IMG/VR virus record: IMGVR_UViG_3300023049_000574 | Location: 81,522-145,521 of that record | From: a virus | DNA length: 64,000 bases | Reading direction: 5' to 3' (one strand) | Part shown: in pieces, positions 10,617 to 21,581 of the stretch | How positions within the stretch are numbered: the first letter of the stretch is position 1 | How the letters are laid out: the number at the start of each line of letters is the position of its first letter | The notes under the pieces: model-generated | Databases searched by the model: none | Seen by the model: the letters and a program-made list of their open reading frames with translations, nothing else | Told to the model about the DNA's origin: nothing | Program-made: the position numbers and the translations under genes

Positions 10617-11217
10617 GGATAGCCTGATTTACTTCTTCTATACTTAATATGACATTATATAAGAACATCTTAACACCAATGGCGATGATAATAATACCGA
10701 AAATTCTTTCGATCAAATTAATACCAACTACTCCAAGTTTTCTTTTTAACCAATCTGCTGATTTCAACACAAGAAATATGATAATAGAATTTATTAAAAT
10801 TCCTGTAACAATTTCGATATCTTGGTATTCTGCTCTCATGGATATGATTACGGACAATGTGCCTGGTCCTGCAATGAGAGGAAAAGCAATCGGAAACACC
10901 GTAGCATTAGTAGCTTGTTTTTTAGTTTGTTTATTAGGACTTGACCCAACATCAATTACCATCTGCAGACCAAACCAACAGATGAGTAAAGCCCCCGCAA
11001 CACCAAAGTGGTGTGCATCTACACCCAATAGATTAAATATTGTTTTACCGAAGAAAAGAAACACGATCATTATTATAGTGGAGATAAGTGTTCCTCTGAA
11101 AGAATTGATATGACCTCCGTTGTCTTCTCTTAGTTTAATTATCAGTGGTATGTTGCCAAGCATGTCAATCACAGCAAAGAGAGTAATAGCAATAGTAGCG
11201 ATGTTAACGTAGTTCAT
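10606..11217 (-). CDS. MarC family membrane protein
   Basis: LFAVIDMLGNIP and VFPIAFPLIAGPGTLS, RIFGIIIIAIGV; likely start 11217. Confidence 0.9.
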   Translation of the reverse strand: MNYVNIATIAITLFAVIDMLGNIPLIIKLREDNGGHINSFRGTLISTIIMIVFLFFGKTIFNLLGVDAHHFGVAGALLICWFGLQMVIDVGSSPNKQTKKQATNATVFPIAFPLIAGPGTLSVIISMRAEYQDIEIVTGILINSIIIFLVLKSADWLKRKLGVVGINLIERIFGIIIIAIGVKMFLYNVILSIEEVNQAIHAV

Positions 11218-11287
11218 TTTATTCTTATATAATATTAGGCGCAAAATTGCGTGGCAAAGATAAGAATTAATTTTAAATATATATGGT

Positions 11288-11974
11288 ATGATTAGTTTAA
11301 AAGAAGTAGATAACACATTAAAAATATTATTTAGTGAAGCCAAGGTATTATCGTTTGATTCAGTATATGAATTATCCGAAGATAAAAAATATTATAAATT
11401 AGTATTTTCACTACATAATTTAGAAGTAGAAATGAGTGATACTATCGATACTACTATTTTACATACTAAGTTTATATTTAGAACAGATTTAGAAAAAACT
11501 AAACTAGTTGAAAATAGTTTTTGGTATCTTAAAGATATCGATTGTTCTTATGTAAAAAAGAATTTTGATACTAACGATGACTTAATCGATGTATTAGAAG
11601 AAATTATCAATGAGGATAACTTCGGGGAAGATATGTCAAACCTATCTAATTTTATATCAGAAGCACCTTCTAGTAGTATAAATGATTTTCTAAGTCAAGT
11701 AGAGTATAGTTTATTTTCAGTAACTACTGTGATGTATAACCCATCTCTTAAATTAGCACCGTGTCAAGAAATGACATTTGATTTTGATATTACATTAAAT
11801 AATGGAGAACATATAATTAAATTGAGTATAGAGAAGGTAGATTCAACAGATGTATTTAAGTTTTATTACCACTTATCTGATACAGTAGAAGAAATAGATG
11901 TTGATGATATTAGCCAACTTGCACAAACTATTGGTGATCATTTAATTTTACTTTTCAATAAATATCTGAAATAA
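11288..11974 (+). CDS. Hypothetical protein
   Basis: 228-aa ORF behind AAATATATA. Confidence 0.5.
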   Translation: MISLKEVDNTLKILFSEAKVLSFDSVYELSEDKKYYKLVFSLHNLEVEMSDTIDTTILHTKFIFRTDLEKTKLVENSFWYLKDIDCSYVKKNFDTNDDLIDVLEEIINEDNFGEDMSNLSNFISEAPSSSINDFLSQVEYSLFSVTTVMYNPSLKLAPCQEMTFDFDITLNNGEHIIKLSIEKVDSTDVFKFYYHLSDTVEEIDVDDISQLAQTIGDHLILLFNKYLK

Positions 11975-12452
11975 TTAAACTATCTTTACAAACTATTATA
12001 TAACATTAAAAAGAATTATGTTTAGTATTCAATTTGATCACACAGTTGACGTAGATATTTGTATGACAGATATCATAGGAAATTTAAATAGCTTTAGTAG
12101 AAGTAACCTGATGGAATTAAAATCCGAAATAGAAGACGAAATAGGTGGTGTATATGTTCCTACATTAAATAGGAACGATAACACTATCGAAAACGAAGAA
12201 AAAATTAAGTTTTTAGTTGATAATATTTGGAATATCGACTTAAAAGATCTAGAAACTATTAAAAAATAAAAAATATGAGTTATTGTATTGTAAAAATCAT
12301 GGAAAATAAAGATGGAGGTAGACCTATCCATCACATCATTATTGATAGCATGGCTGAGGTAATGGAATTCACCGAAGAGGAAACGGCTAAGACCTATAAA
12401 GATTTATTGGAAGCTAATTCAGATTCAGGTCATAAATATGTAGTAAAGAAAA

Positions 12453-12734
12453 TTGGGGAAGCAAAATAAAGAATCAGATATAAGTATAGGAGATATAGTT
12501 AACCTTAATAGGGAGCTAGATAATATCTATATTGATTGGGGAGGCGAAACACCCAAAGACATTAAAGTGATTGATATCAAAAACTATAAAGGTATCACAG
12601 TGGCTATCATTGATAAAGAGTATACGAGATCTGATAATGAGAAGTCGAATGAAATTTCGATTGATTTTTTAGTTAAAGATGTAGTAGAAACAAGAAATAA
12701 TTTCATTGATAATCTTTTGGACGAAGAAGAATAA
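12453..12734 (+). CDS. Hypothetical protein with C-terminal RDxKI-type motif
   Basis: Ends TRNNFIDNLLDEEE. Confidence 0.45.
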   Translation: MGKQNKESDISIGDIVNLNRELDNIYIDWGGETPKDIKVIDIKNYKGITVAIIDKEYTRSDNEKSNEISIDFLVKDVVETRNNFIDNLLDEEE

Positions 12735-12944
12735 TTATTATATTTGCAGAAACTACATAACTATGAACGAAAGAGAATTGAGAAAACTAGAAAGTAGAAT
12801 CAGAAAAAACATGAGAGATATCAAAAGTGGTGAAACAACACCCAAGGAAAGTGGTATCGGAACTAAAATGAATATTCTGAAAAAATACGATGAAGCTCTT
12901 TTCGAAAAAATCATAGTTGAGTACAAAGAAATTTTAACAACCAA

Positions 12945-13535
12945 ATGAGCTTTTACGTAAACCCATTCGAACGAATTGATCATCAAGATGTATTTTTTAC
13001 ATCTGATATCCACATTGGTCATCAAAATGTTATAGGGTTCGATAGTAGACCCTTTAAAGACCTCGATGAGATGCATGAAGAAATGATCATCAGATGGAAC
13101 TATAAAGTCCCATCTGATGCTATTGTATATCTCGTTGGGGATGTTTCTTATAGGTGTAATAACATGGGCTTAGTTAAAGATATCATGAAGCAACTAAATG
13201 GGGATATTCGCCTTATTTTAGGAAACCATGATAGAATGAAGGAAATGGCTAAATTGGGTGTTTTCTCTGATATTCAGAGTTATAAAAGATTAGAGATATT
13301 ACATGATGATGGCAATAATGGAGATCGTCAAGATGTTGTATTATGTCATTACCCGATACTTTCTTGGGATAAAGAATTCCACGGGGCAATTCATTTACAT
13401 GGTCACTGTCACCAAAACCTTAAAGATAAATACCCTTGGTATTACGAGGAAAATAAAGTGATCGATGTCGGATGTATGGGTCACAATTACGAACCCATCT
13501 CTTATCAAGAGGTGAAAAAATTAATTATAGTATGA
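12945..13535 (+). CDS. Calcineurin-like metallophosphoesterase
   Basis: SDIH, VGD, GNHD, HYP, HGHCH motifs. Confidence 0.9.
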   Translation: MSFYVNPFERIDHQDVFFTSDIHIGHQNVIGFDSRPFKDLDEMHEEMIIRWNYKVPSDAIVYLVGDVSYRCNNMGLVKDIMKQLNGDIRLILGNHDRMKEMAKLGVFSDIQSYKRLEILHDDGNNGDRQDVVLCHYPILSWDKEFHGAIHLHGHCHQNLKDKYPWYYEENKVIDVGCMGHNYEPISYQEVKKLIIV

Positions 13536-13733
13536 TATATTTATTAGGCATTGGAACATTTTTATTTATTATCCTATTCATTTATTTACTAATAGGGAAT
13601 GCTTATAAGAGAGGAAAAAGAGATGTTCTTGATAAACTATACAGAAACGGGGAGATATCTTCTCACATCAAAGGACATTATAATAGGTAAGCCTTAAAAG
13701 TTAGGTTATTTAATGTTTACTCAGTTTATGATA

Positions 13734-14222
13734 TTAAACTATTCTTAATATACCTTCTTTGATTACGTTGATATTTCTATCACTATCAGGTAAGAAAAGG
13801 AATGAATTCATTCTATTCAAAGGTGCTTCAATAGCATTGAATCCTAGTTCAATTAAAGTTTCATTCACATCAAGTTCTTCTCGTTCTAAATAAGCTATGA
13901 AGCTTTTTCCCCCCATATCTTTGTTTTCTTCTAAAGATTCAGCTAAATATTCTTGATCCATATCTCTTAATTTATCGATAACAGATTCTACATTATTTAT
14001 ATCCCCAAAATAGTGTAAACTATTAAGTGGTTCAATAAGCTCTATTCTATATAGATTAGCACCATATTCAGAAGCAGCTTCCTTTGAGTTAGTAATATAT
14101 ATACCATCTCCTAAAAACTTAGATTCGCCACTGGTTTTAGGCATCTGTTTTAACTCAGATAAATCTTTATCTGTTCCATGGTAATACCTTTCTTGATTAT
14201 TATACTCTTTAATAAATTTCAT
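13734..14222 (-). CDS. Putative ADP-ribosyltransferase-fold protein
   Basis: YYHGT...GDGIYIT....A..Y; N-terminus MKFIKEYN. Confidence 0.55.
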   Translation of the reverse strand: MKFIKEYNNQERYYHGTDKDLSELKQMPKTSGESKFLGDGIYITNSKEAASEYGANLYRIELIEPLNSLHYFGDINNVESVIDKLRDMDQEYLAESLEENKDMGGKSFIAYLEREELDVNETLIELGFNAIEAPLNRMNSFLFLPDSDRNINVIKEGILRIV

Positions 14223-14265
14223 ACAGTATATATAAACTTTTTGGTCTTTTTAAAATATATGTTAT

Positions 14266-14679
14266 ATGGATGAAAATAAAATCAAAGAACACCCCGATTT
14301 TAAAATGTACGTAGATAATAACGATGGAATAGAAGATCCTAATTTATTAGATTTTTGCTTAAAAACAGCAGACTACTTACTTAAAGTTCCTTACGTTGAT
14401 ACTAATGGTTATTTTAAAATGCGGGCTACCGAAAACGGAGAAGAAGTAACTAAAACGATATACAAAGAGACTAAAGAGTTTGATGATTACACACAACTAT
14501 TAGAATATGCGCTAAACATATGTGAAAAAAATTACTTCGTGTTACACAATTTAAGTGGTAATAAGTTGAGTTACTTCACAATCGATGGTAATGTTACTTT
14601 CCCCAAACCAATGGAAAACAGAGATGCGGAAGCAGTAGTTAAACAAGTACACAGAAATAATATTATATCACAGATATGA
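14266..14679 (+). CDS. Hypothetical protein
   Basis: 137 aa; ends HRNNIISQI. Confidence 0.45.
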   Translation: MDENKIKEHPDFKMYVDNNDGIEDPNLLDFCLKTADYLLKVPYVDTNGYFKMRATENGEEVTKTIYKETKEFDDYTQLLEYALNICEKNYFVLHNLSGNKLSYFTIDGNVTFPKPMENRDAEAVVKQVHRNNIISQI

Positions 14680-15425
14680 GAAACACTATTATACACGGGG
14701 ATTGTTTGTTATATATGAAGGCAATCAAAGATAACTCTATTGATGCTATTATATGTGACCTTCCTTATGGAACTACAAATTGTAAATGGGATAGTTTAAT
14801 CGATCTCGATAAATTATGGGAACAATATAAAAGAATAGCTAAGGATCATTGTCCTATCGTTCTATTTGCTCAAACTCCATTCGATAAAGTATTGGGAGCA
14901 TCTAATTTAAAGATGCTTAGATATGAATGGATATGGGAAAAGACACAAGCTACGGGTCATTTAAATGCTAAGAAAATGCCTATGAAAGCACATGAGAATA
15001 TATTGGTGTTTTATAAAAAATTACCTGTGTATAACCCTGTAATGACACACGGACATACTAGAAAAGTAAGTAGTGCTAAGAATAGAGCAGCTTGTATTGA
15101 GAGAAGAAACGACACTGATAATATTTACAACAATGAATATTCTGATAAGATAAATGATTACGATAGTACATCTAGATACCCAAGAAGTGTGATTACCTTT
15201 CCTACGGATAAACAGACATCTAACTTACATAAGACACAAAAACCATTAGCTCTCTTAGAATACTTAGTAAAGACGTACACAAATGAGGGCGATTTAGTAT
15301 TGGATAATACTGCAGGTAGTGGTACTACGGGATTGGCTTGTAAAAATCTAAATAGGGATTACATCTTAATAGAGAAAGAAGAAGAGTATGTTGATATAAT
15401 TACTGATCGGTTAAATGAAGGATAA
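14676..15425 (+). CDS. N6/N4 DNA methyltransferase (beta class)
   Basis: DLPY, HKTQKP, VLDNTAGSGTTG. Confidence 0.9.
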   Translation: MRNTIIHGDCLLYMKAIKDNSIDAIICDLPYGTTNCKWDSLIDLDKLWEQYKRIAKDHCPIVLFAQTPFDKVLGASNLKMLRYEWIWEKTQATGHLNAKKMPMKAHENILVFYKKLPVYNPVMTHGHTRKVSSAKNRAACIERRNDTDNIYNNEYSDKINDYDSTSRYPRSVITFPTDKQTSNLHKTQKPLALLEYLVKTYTNEGDLVLDNTAGSGTTGLACKNLNRDYILIEKEEEYVDIITDRLNEG

Positions 15426-15887
15426 TTTATAATAACCTTCATTATCTTTTAATACTTCTATGATTTGATCATTCAGATCGCCTTTGATTTCTATGATTCT
15501 AGGATTTCTATCAGTTGGTGTAATATGACCGAAAGGAACATCAAAGTATTTACCATATACTAATGTATCATCTATATGAAAACTAAGCTTGTGTTTATTA
15601 CAATACTTTGCCTTTGTTTCATTCCAAGTATTATCATCGATCCAAAAGCGTCCATTTTCGTCTGTCCACATTTCAGTATCTTTATTTTTATGATATTCTA
15701 ATATAGAAAAGATGTGATCATATTCAACATCATATCCTTTGAGTTCTGTTTTAATAGAACCATCGATAAGAGATCCCGTTAAGATATGGATCTCATAGTT
15801 TAGTTTCCTAAACTGCTTGATTATTTTTGAAAATAACTGAGGGTTCTGATCAATAACCCCATGTATATCGAATCCTATTTTGTTCAT
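15411..15887 (-). CDS. HAD-superfamily hydrolase-like protein
   Basis: IGFDIHGVI, ILTG, K, HIDD. Confidence 0.65.
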   Translation of the reverse strand: MNKIGFDIHGVIDQNPQLFSKIIKQFRKLNYEIHILTGSLIDGSIKTELKGYDVEYDHIFSILEYHKNKDTEMWTDENGRFWIDDNTWNETKAKYCNKHKLSFHIDDTLVYGKYFDVPFGHITPTDRNPRIIEIKGDLNDQIIEVLKDNEGYYKLSFI

Positions 15888-15907
15888 ATTAGCAAATGTA
15901 ATGATTT

Positions 15908-16378
15908 TTAATTACCCGATTCGATTTCTTCTAATATTTTTGTCAATTTAAAATCCCTAGATTTCATAGTTGTTTGTGTACCAAATAGATTCTTATTAAC
16001 AACTAATCTTTGATTGCCTCCCTTTGTTAGATAAATAAAGGCTAACCACACATTATCAATAGCATATATTTCCTTTAATTTAGAAACCCTTGGGGATATT
16101 TTATCACAGGCTAATAATAGTTTTTTATCATCTGTCCTATATCGATGGAAGAAAGGGTCTAAAGATAGATCATTATCAATAGTAATACCCTGTGATGGTT
16201 GACCGTTTGCACTGAATAAAATTTCAGCGTTATCATAATCTAAACAGACTAGGCTATCTTGCCAAGATATCTTATCTCCAATTCCCAATTTCTTTCCTAT
16301 CATTTTATAATAGGATGGGGAAATAAGAAAATACTTATTTCTGAAACTATCTATTTCTTCGTGTATTATGAAATTCAT
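15908..16378 (-). CDS. Hypothetical protein
   Basis: Likely start MNFIIHEE at 16378; near the end SRDFKLTKIL. Confidence 0.45.
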   Translation of the reverse strand: MNFIIHEEIDSFRNKYFLISPSYYKMIGKKLGIGDKISWQDSLVCLDYDNAEILFSANGQPSQGITIDNDLSLDPFFHRYRTDDKKLLLACDKISPRVSKLKEIYAIDNVWLAFIYLTKGGNQRLVVNKNLFGTQTTMKSRDFKLTKILEEIESGN

Positions 16379-16414
16379 ATAATAATATATAAGATATACA
16401 AAAATAGTAAAAAA

Positions 16415-16672
16415 ATGGAACACATAAAAACATTTGAAGCACTTTCTAGAGATATGTCGATAAGACAACTTAAAAATGTTTCTAACCAACTAGGTAATAT
16501 TGATGTTGGTAAAAGAGTATCAGACGCTAGTTTTGCTAATGCACTTAACACTAAAAGAAACATGGCTGATACGTATATTCAAAGTTACAGCGATTACTTA
16601 AAAGAACCATTCTCGGTAAACCAAAACAGAAAGCCGTGGAATGATCGTAAGAAAAAAAGCAAGAAAAAATAA
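16415..16672 (+). CDS. Small basic protein with MxHIKTFE N-terminus
   Basis: Start MEHIKTFE; TAATATATA at 16383. Confidence 0.55.
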   Translation: MEHIKTFEALSRDMSIRQLKNVSNQLGNIDVGKRVSDASFANALNTKRNMADTYIQSYSDYLKEPFSVNQNRKPWNDRKKKSKKK

Positions 16673-17532
16673 TGGCAGCACCTACTACACAAGCAACTAA
16701 TTTAGAAGCGGCTTTAATCAATAGCCTTAGCGTTCGTTTGACCTTTAATGTGGGTAACGGAGAAAGGAGATTAGTGGCTGTAACCAAAGGATCTGATGTT
16801 AAGTATCCTATTAATGGGGTAAAATATGAAGGTAGTTTAAAATACGAAACAGGTGATCAGCTTATTGCAATAGAAGCGGGTACAGAAGGTGATCCTTATC
16901 CATACCCATATCCTGACCCTGATCCCGAAGATCCTGAAACAGATCCTAATTCATTAACATATGTAGTGTATGAAGGTTTTGATAATGGTCAAAATGGGTT
17001 GGATATTATTGAATTAAATCCAGGAACTACTTATACTATAATGGTATTCGAACATGATAATTTCTTTTATTCTAACTCTACAAAACTTGTGATAACTACA
17101 CACTATGCTCCTAATACTAGAAGAATGGATGTTAGAGTATATGACAACAATACTAGAAAAATAATCAAAGAAGCGGATGTTGCGATTAAAGATAGGAGAG
17201 GGTTTATTGCAGCGTTTGGTAAAACAGACAATGAAGGTAGATTTAGATCTTCTTTAGTTGAAGAAGGTAGATACGAAATGAGTGTAGTTGCTAATAATTA
17301 CGACCCTAAAATTATAACAGGTATGTTTGTTCAGAGAAAAGAACCCACTAGGGATAATAATTATAGGATATATACTAACACAGCACATACAGAATACGGT
17401 GGTACTGTTGAGAGAGAGCGTTACCGAAACCAAAATGACTATATTGTATATTTAGATACGGCTAATAATACAGGTAGATCTTTCACTAGATATGAACCTA
17501 ACGACAACCCTGATCATTTAACTAAACTATAA
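16672..17532 (+). CDS. Probable virion surface protein (Fn3-like plus prealbumin/carboxypeptidase-regulatory-like domains)
   Basis: LNPGTTYTIMV; A.V.I...KTDNEGRF....GRYEMSV..Y; P/D-rich linker. Confidence 0.55.
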   Translation: MAAPTTQATNLEAALINSLSVRLTFNVGNGERRLVAVTKGSDVKYPINGVKYEGSLKYETGDQLIAIEAGTEGDPYPYPYPDPDPEDPETDPNSLTYVVYEGFDNGQNGLDIIELNPGTTYTIMVFEHDNFFYSNSTKLVITTHYAPNTRRMDVRVYDNNTRKIIKEADVAIKDRRGFIAAFGKTDNEGRFRSSLVEEGRYEMSVVANNYDPKIITGMFVQRKEPTRDNNYRIYTNTAHTEYGGTVERERYRNQNDYIVYLDTANNTGRSFTRYEPNDNPDHLTKL

Positions 17533-18015
17533 TTAAATATCTAATTCAATAAAAGTTAAATCACGTTGTATTAAGGTTCTATTGTATTCCATATTATTTA
17601 ACCATCGTCCTAAGACAACAGATAATCCGTTAGAACTACCTACTATCGAAATAAATTTAGGTAAGTCATTATATATTTGATTCCAAATTTCTTCACCACC
17701 ATCCTCATATACTTCTTCTCCTATACTTATGATATTATCAATATTTTCTATACCATAGACTTTATCAAAAGCTTCTATAAGTGTAGATATATTTTCAACA
17801 GTTAGTGGATTTATACCATCAGCATTAGGCGTAGGTAAGTCTTTTAAATAAATTTTCACCAATTCCCACTCTGCTTTGGTTATATCTTTATTTAGATATC
17901 TTCTAGATTTCTCTTTTAAATAATCTAATATATGTGGATTATACTTTAACTCTACATCCCTATTTGTGTGAAATGTGACTGTATAAAAAAATAATATGCC
18001 TAAAAACTGTTTCAT
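17533..18015 (-). CDS. Hypothetical protein
   Basis: 160 aa behind TATATTTG on the minus strand. Confidence 0.45.
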   Translation of the reverse strand: MKQFLGILFFYTVTFHTNRDVELKYNPHILDYLKEKSRRYLNKDITKAEWELVKIYLKDLPTPNADGINPLTVENISTLIEAFDKVYGIENIDNIISIGEEVYEDGGEEIWNQIYNDLPKFISIVGSSNGLSVVLGRWLNNMEYNRTLIQRDLTFIELDI

Positions 18016-18081
18016 AGTTCTGCAAATATACTAAATAAGTAAGTAGAATTTTTAATATATAAATAAAATAACACTTAATAA

Positions 18082-19230
18082 ATGGCAGATTGTTCACCAA
18101 GTACAAATAGATTTTTCTCACCTGTTCAAACACATATTAAGATGTACAACAGTACATTTGTGGCTGTTGAGGGAGCTAATATGACACATAAAATGTCTTC
18201 ACTTCCTTCAATAAGATTTCCCTATCAACAAGTATTAACAGGTAGAATTACTTTAAGAGCAGGACAAACTAACTATTTATTGAACCATTTGGGATTAGGT
18301 GATAATGCCACATTCTTAGCGATCACAGCACAATATGATTCTAGTTCTAAATTCGAAGCAGATAATTACATTCAATACTCATATTACAGTGATAAAGGTA
18401 GATTAATGCCTTTCTCTCATATGTTAGTATTAACAGGTAATTCTGAGAATAGAATAGAACAATTATATTTACATAACCCTAACCAAAATGCAGCAGTTGT
18501 ATTGGAAGTGATGGTTGGTGTAATTGATGAAACATATGATTTCTTCACTCAAAATGAAGAATCTACTAGTGGTAATAACTCTACTACAATCAATAACTTA
18601 GTACACACTGATCTATCTCTTTGGGATGCCGATAGTGATATCATGGTTGTTACTAATAGCTTTAATCAACCTATATTATATCTAAACTTAAACGATATTA
18701 ACAGCGTAAGTCAAGATGGTAAGATTGTTACAGTGGATGAAGCTAGTACAGGTCAAATATTATTAGTATTCAAAACAGAATATGATGCTACACAAGCAAG
18801 AGGTAAAATAACACAATGGATAGATGATTATAATAATAATTCTACTCCACCTGTGGATGATTTCGAACCAATTATTAGATTTACTACTAACGTTACTGAT
18901 GATGATCCTGATGTTATTCCTTATGGTATATTTTATAGTATAGATGGAGATAGAGCATTTGTAGGCGATTCAACATTAAGTTTAGCTGATTACAGTAATA
19001 CAATTACTAAAACTATATTAAGTAATTATCTAATATCTGAGGTTAGAGACTTTGAAGACACGATAGTAAGCGTCAGCCCTGCTAGTGATTTAACTATAAG
19101 AGATGTAAATGGAGCAGTATTAACAAGTATAGTAGCAGCAGGTGAATATTATATCTATTTTGATATTGCTGATGCAATCGGTAATAAAGTAGACCCCGCA
19201 GTTAATGTTAAAATTAATGTCGTTGCTTAA
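18082..19230 (+). CDS. Probable virion structural protein
   Basis: 382 aa, composition suggests beta-rich; TAATATATA at 18053. Confidence 0.45.
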   Translation: MADCSPSTNRFFSPVQTHIKMYNSTFVAVEGANMTHKMSSLPSIRFPYQQVLTGRITLRAGQTNYLLNHLGLGDNATFLAITAQYDSSSKFEADNYIQYSYYSDKGRLMPFSHMLVLTGNSENRIEQLYLHNPNQNAAVVLEVMVGVIDETYDFFTQNEESTSGNNSTTINNLVHTDLSLWDADSDIMVVTNSFNQPILYLNLNDINSVSQDGKIVTVDEASTGQILLVFKTEYDATQARGKITQWIDDYNNNSTPPVDDFEPIIRFTTNVTDDDPDVIPYGIFYSIDGDRAFVGDSTLSLADYSNTITKTILSNYLISEVRDFEDTIVSVSPASDLTIRDVNGAVLTSIVAAGEYYIYFDIADAIGNKVDPAVNVKINVVA

Positions 19231-19618
19231 ACTTATATAATAAGCTCAATTTATCACATTCATTAAATCCATTAATTCGATCTAGATCGAACTTATCGTC
19301 TATTTCACATATATATGCTAAACTTCCCCCAAAGTAAACAAAGGCTGCTTGAAGGAATTTATTAGTAATAACTACTGTGTAGTCTGTTGTCATAGCAGCA
19401 CCACCTATCCCTTGCCATCCACCTGAGGTATTCCCCCAAGTTTGTTGAATAATATGAAAGTCAGTTCTATGCCAATTATTGGTTTTATCGCTAAAGTAAT
19501 CTTTTAATCTAGCACCATAATCCCCACCCATTTGGGTAATAGCGTATTGTAAGTTGTTATAACTGTTAACCGCAGATAAAAACTGCTCTGTTTCTCTTGT
19601 ATCAAATGTATTTCTCAT
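19214..19618 (-). CDS. Hypothetical protein
   Basis: QTWGNTSGGWQGIGGAAMT motif; function not recognised. Confidence 0.5.
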   Translation of the reverse strand: MRNTFDTRETEQFLSAVNSYNNLQYAITQMGGDYGARLKDYFSDKTNNWHRTDFHIIQQTWGNTSGGWQGIGGAAMTTDYTVVITNKFLQAAFVYFGGSLAYICEIDDKFDLDRINGFNECDKLSLLYKFKQRH

Positions 19619-19679
19619 AAATATTATAGAATAATTTTAAACTTTGTTTATATACTCGATATAATAATAAAAAATTTTT

Positions 19680-20231
19680 ATGAATAAGTATTTAAAAGAC
19701 ACAGAAGAGTTCCACGATAATTTTAATTTACCGATTAATGAAGAAATAGTTGATGATAATTTAGAAGATAGAAAATTAAGACTATCTTTGATCTTTGAAG
19801 AAATGGTAGAATTAGCTCATGCAATGGGTTGTACAAAACATTTAGAATCTTTATGTGATAAACACAAAGGTGGATCTCATACTTGGTTATTCAACGGAGA
19901 AGAGTCAAGTGATGGCAATACATATAATAAAATAGAAACCTTGGATGCCTTAGGTGATCTACAATATGTAACATCAGGGTCAGTTATTTCTTTAGGGTAT
20001 AAAAATGTATTTGATAATGCGTTTACTGATATCCATATAAGTAATATGACTAAACTTTGTAATAACACACAAGAAGCAGATGATACTATTAAGTATTATA
20101 AGAAAGAAAGGGGAGAAGTAATGGAATTATCTATTCTACCAAAGGGAGATAAGTTTATAGTACAAAGAGAAGATGGTAAGATCATGAAAAATAAATATTA
20201 CGAAGCAGTGGATTTAAAAAAATATATTTAA
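19680..20231 (+). CDS. MazG-like NTP pyrophosphohydrolase
   Basis: LIFEEMVEL...ETLDALGDLQYV...IHISNMTK. Confidence 0.8.
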   Translation: MNKYLKDTEEFHDNFNLPINEEIVDDNLEDRKLRLSLIFEEMVELAHAMGCTKHLESLCDKHKGGSHTWLFNGEESSDGNTYNKIETLDALGDLQYVTSGSVISLGYKNVFDNAFTDIHISNMTKLCNNTQEADDTIKYYKKERGEVMELSILPKGDKFIVQREDGKIMKNKYYEAVDLKKYI

Positions 20232-20637
20232 TGGAAATAATAGAAATAGAGAGAGAACCACCCGTTGCTGACGAGTCAATAAGAGGGTGGGTGTTCCAAA
20301 TAATTCGACAACAAGTTTTTCTGTTAGCGGTAGATGATCATGCTATAGAATCATTAACTATGAGCGATGATATATATGAGCTATATGATGATCTAAAAGC
20401 CCACTTCTATTTTGAAATAAAGAAAAGCCATGGTCTTAAATATTCTGATAATTTAGAAACAGAATATATGTTTGATTTTATAGTTAAAACCAATAAGATA
20501 GATATATATTATATAATAAACAGGGATATTAGAAAAGAAAGAGATGGTTATATTAATAGTATATTAAACAGTTAATTGGGGATATCGATTACCCGTAGAA
20601 TACAATAAAAGGAAATAAAATATAATATATAGGGTAT

Positions 20638-21168
20638 ATGAAAAAGATATACTCTATATTACTTATTTTAGTACTTTCGATATTACCTATATCACTTAAT
20701 TCGAGTGAAATGGGAAACCCTGATGCTATTAAGTTCGGATCAATAAAAGCTGCTATGAAAAGTGGGCTGTTCACGTTAATGAACACGATTGATCTTACGG
20801 GTTGGATGCCATCTGATAATAGTCAAAGTGGATATGGGAAAGGTAGATTTTTCTACAAAGTATCACGAACTGTATCTCCCGATAAAGGCGGTTACTATTA
20901 TTTTGAGATAAGATTCTTATCTGATAGTTATTATCCTGCTAATTATTATACTAATGGTCAAGTAACAAGGTCTGCTACTAAGATAGATGTTATGTCATTG
21001 TTCGTTAATGGACAACCTACTATTAATATGTTAACTAATAGTCAAACTTTTTGGTTATTATTCCAAGGGAATTTTGACAGAGGTACAGGAGATTTGGGAA
21101 TATATTTTAAAGCAAACAATCCTAATTCTAGGATAGATCTTAGATGGACGCAACCAAAACCTTATTAA
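20638..21168 (+). CDS. Signal-peptide-containing hypothetical protein
   Basis: MKKIYSILLILVLSIL; TAATATATA at 20623. Confidence 0.5.
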   Translation: MKKIYSILLILVLSILPISLNSSEMGNPDAIKFGSIKAAMKSGLFTLMNTIDLTGWMPSDNSQSGYGKGRFFYKVSRTVSPDKGGYYYFEIRFLSDSYYPANYYTNGQVTRSATKIDVMSLFVNGQPTINMLTNSQTFWLLFQGNFDRGTGDLGIYFKANNPNSRIDLRWTQPKPY

Positions 21169-21172
21169 AATC

Positions 21173-21553
21173 ATGGCAGAGAAAAAAGAAAAATATGACG
21201 GTGATTATAAAGTAGGTTTATCTGACCAAGGAAGGATATCATTTAATCTGAATTGGAAATGGGCAGTTACTATAGCTATTACTATATTGGGGTTTGTTTT
21301 ATATTTAGTAATAGACAAGTATCATACTCAACCAATGAACGAACTGAAAGAGAAAAATATCGAACTTAGAAGTGAATTAAGTAAGATGAAAGAGAATAAT
21401 GGTAAAGCTATTAACACGTTAACAAATAACCAAGGTATTCTTTTGGATAGAAGCGAAAGAACTCAAATGTTTATCAATAGATGGTTCAACGAAAATGATG
21501 ATCAACCTGCTGCTGAGATCCAACCATTAGATCATAATACACCAGGAAATTAA
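21173..21553 (+). CDS. Single-pass membrane protein with coiled coil
   Basis: TM helix followed by heptad-like segment. Confidence 0.45.
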   Translation: MAEKKEKYDGDYKVGLSDQGRISFNLNWKWAVTIAITILGFVLYLVIDKYHTQPMNELKEKNIELRSELSKMKENNGKAINTLTNNQGILLDRSERTQMFINRWFNENDDQPAAEIQPLDHNTPGN

Positions 21554-21581
21554 ACTTTTTTTAATTTTATAATATATTAGT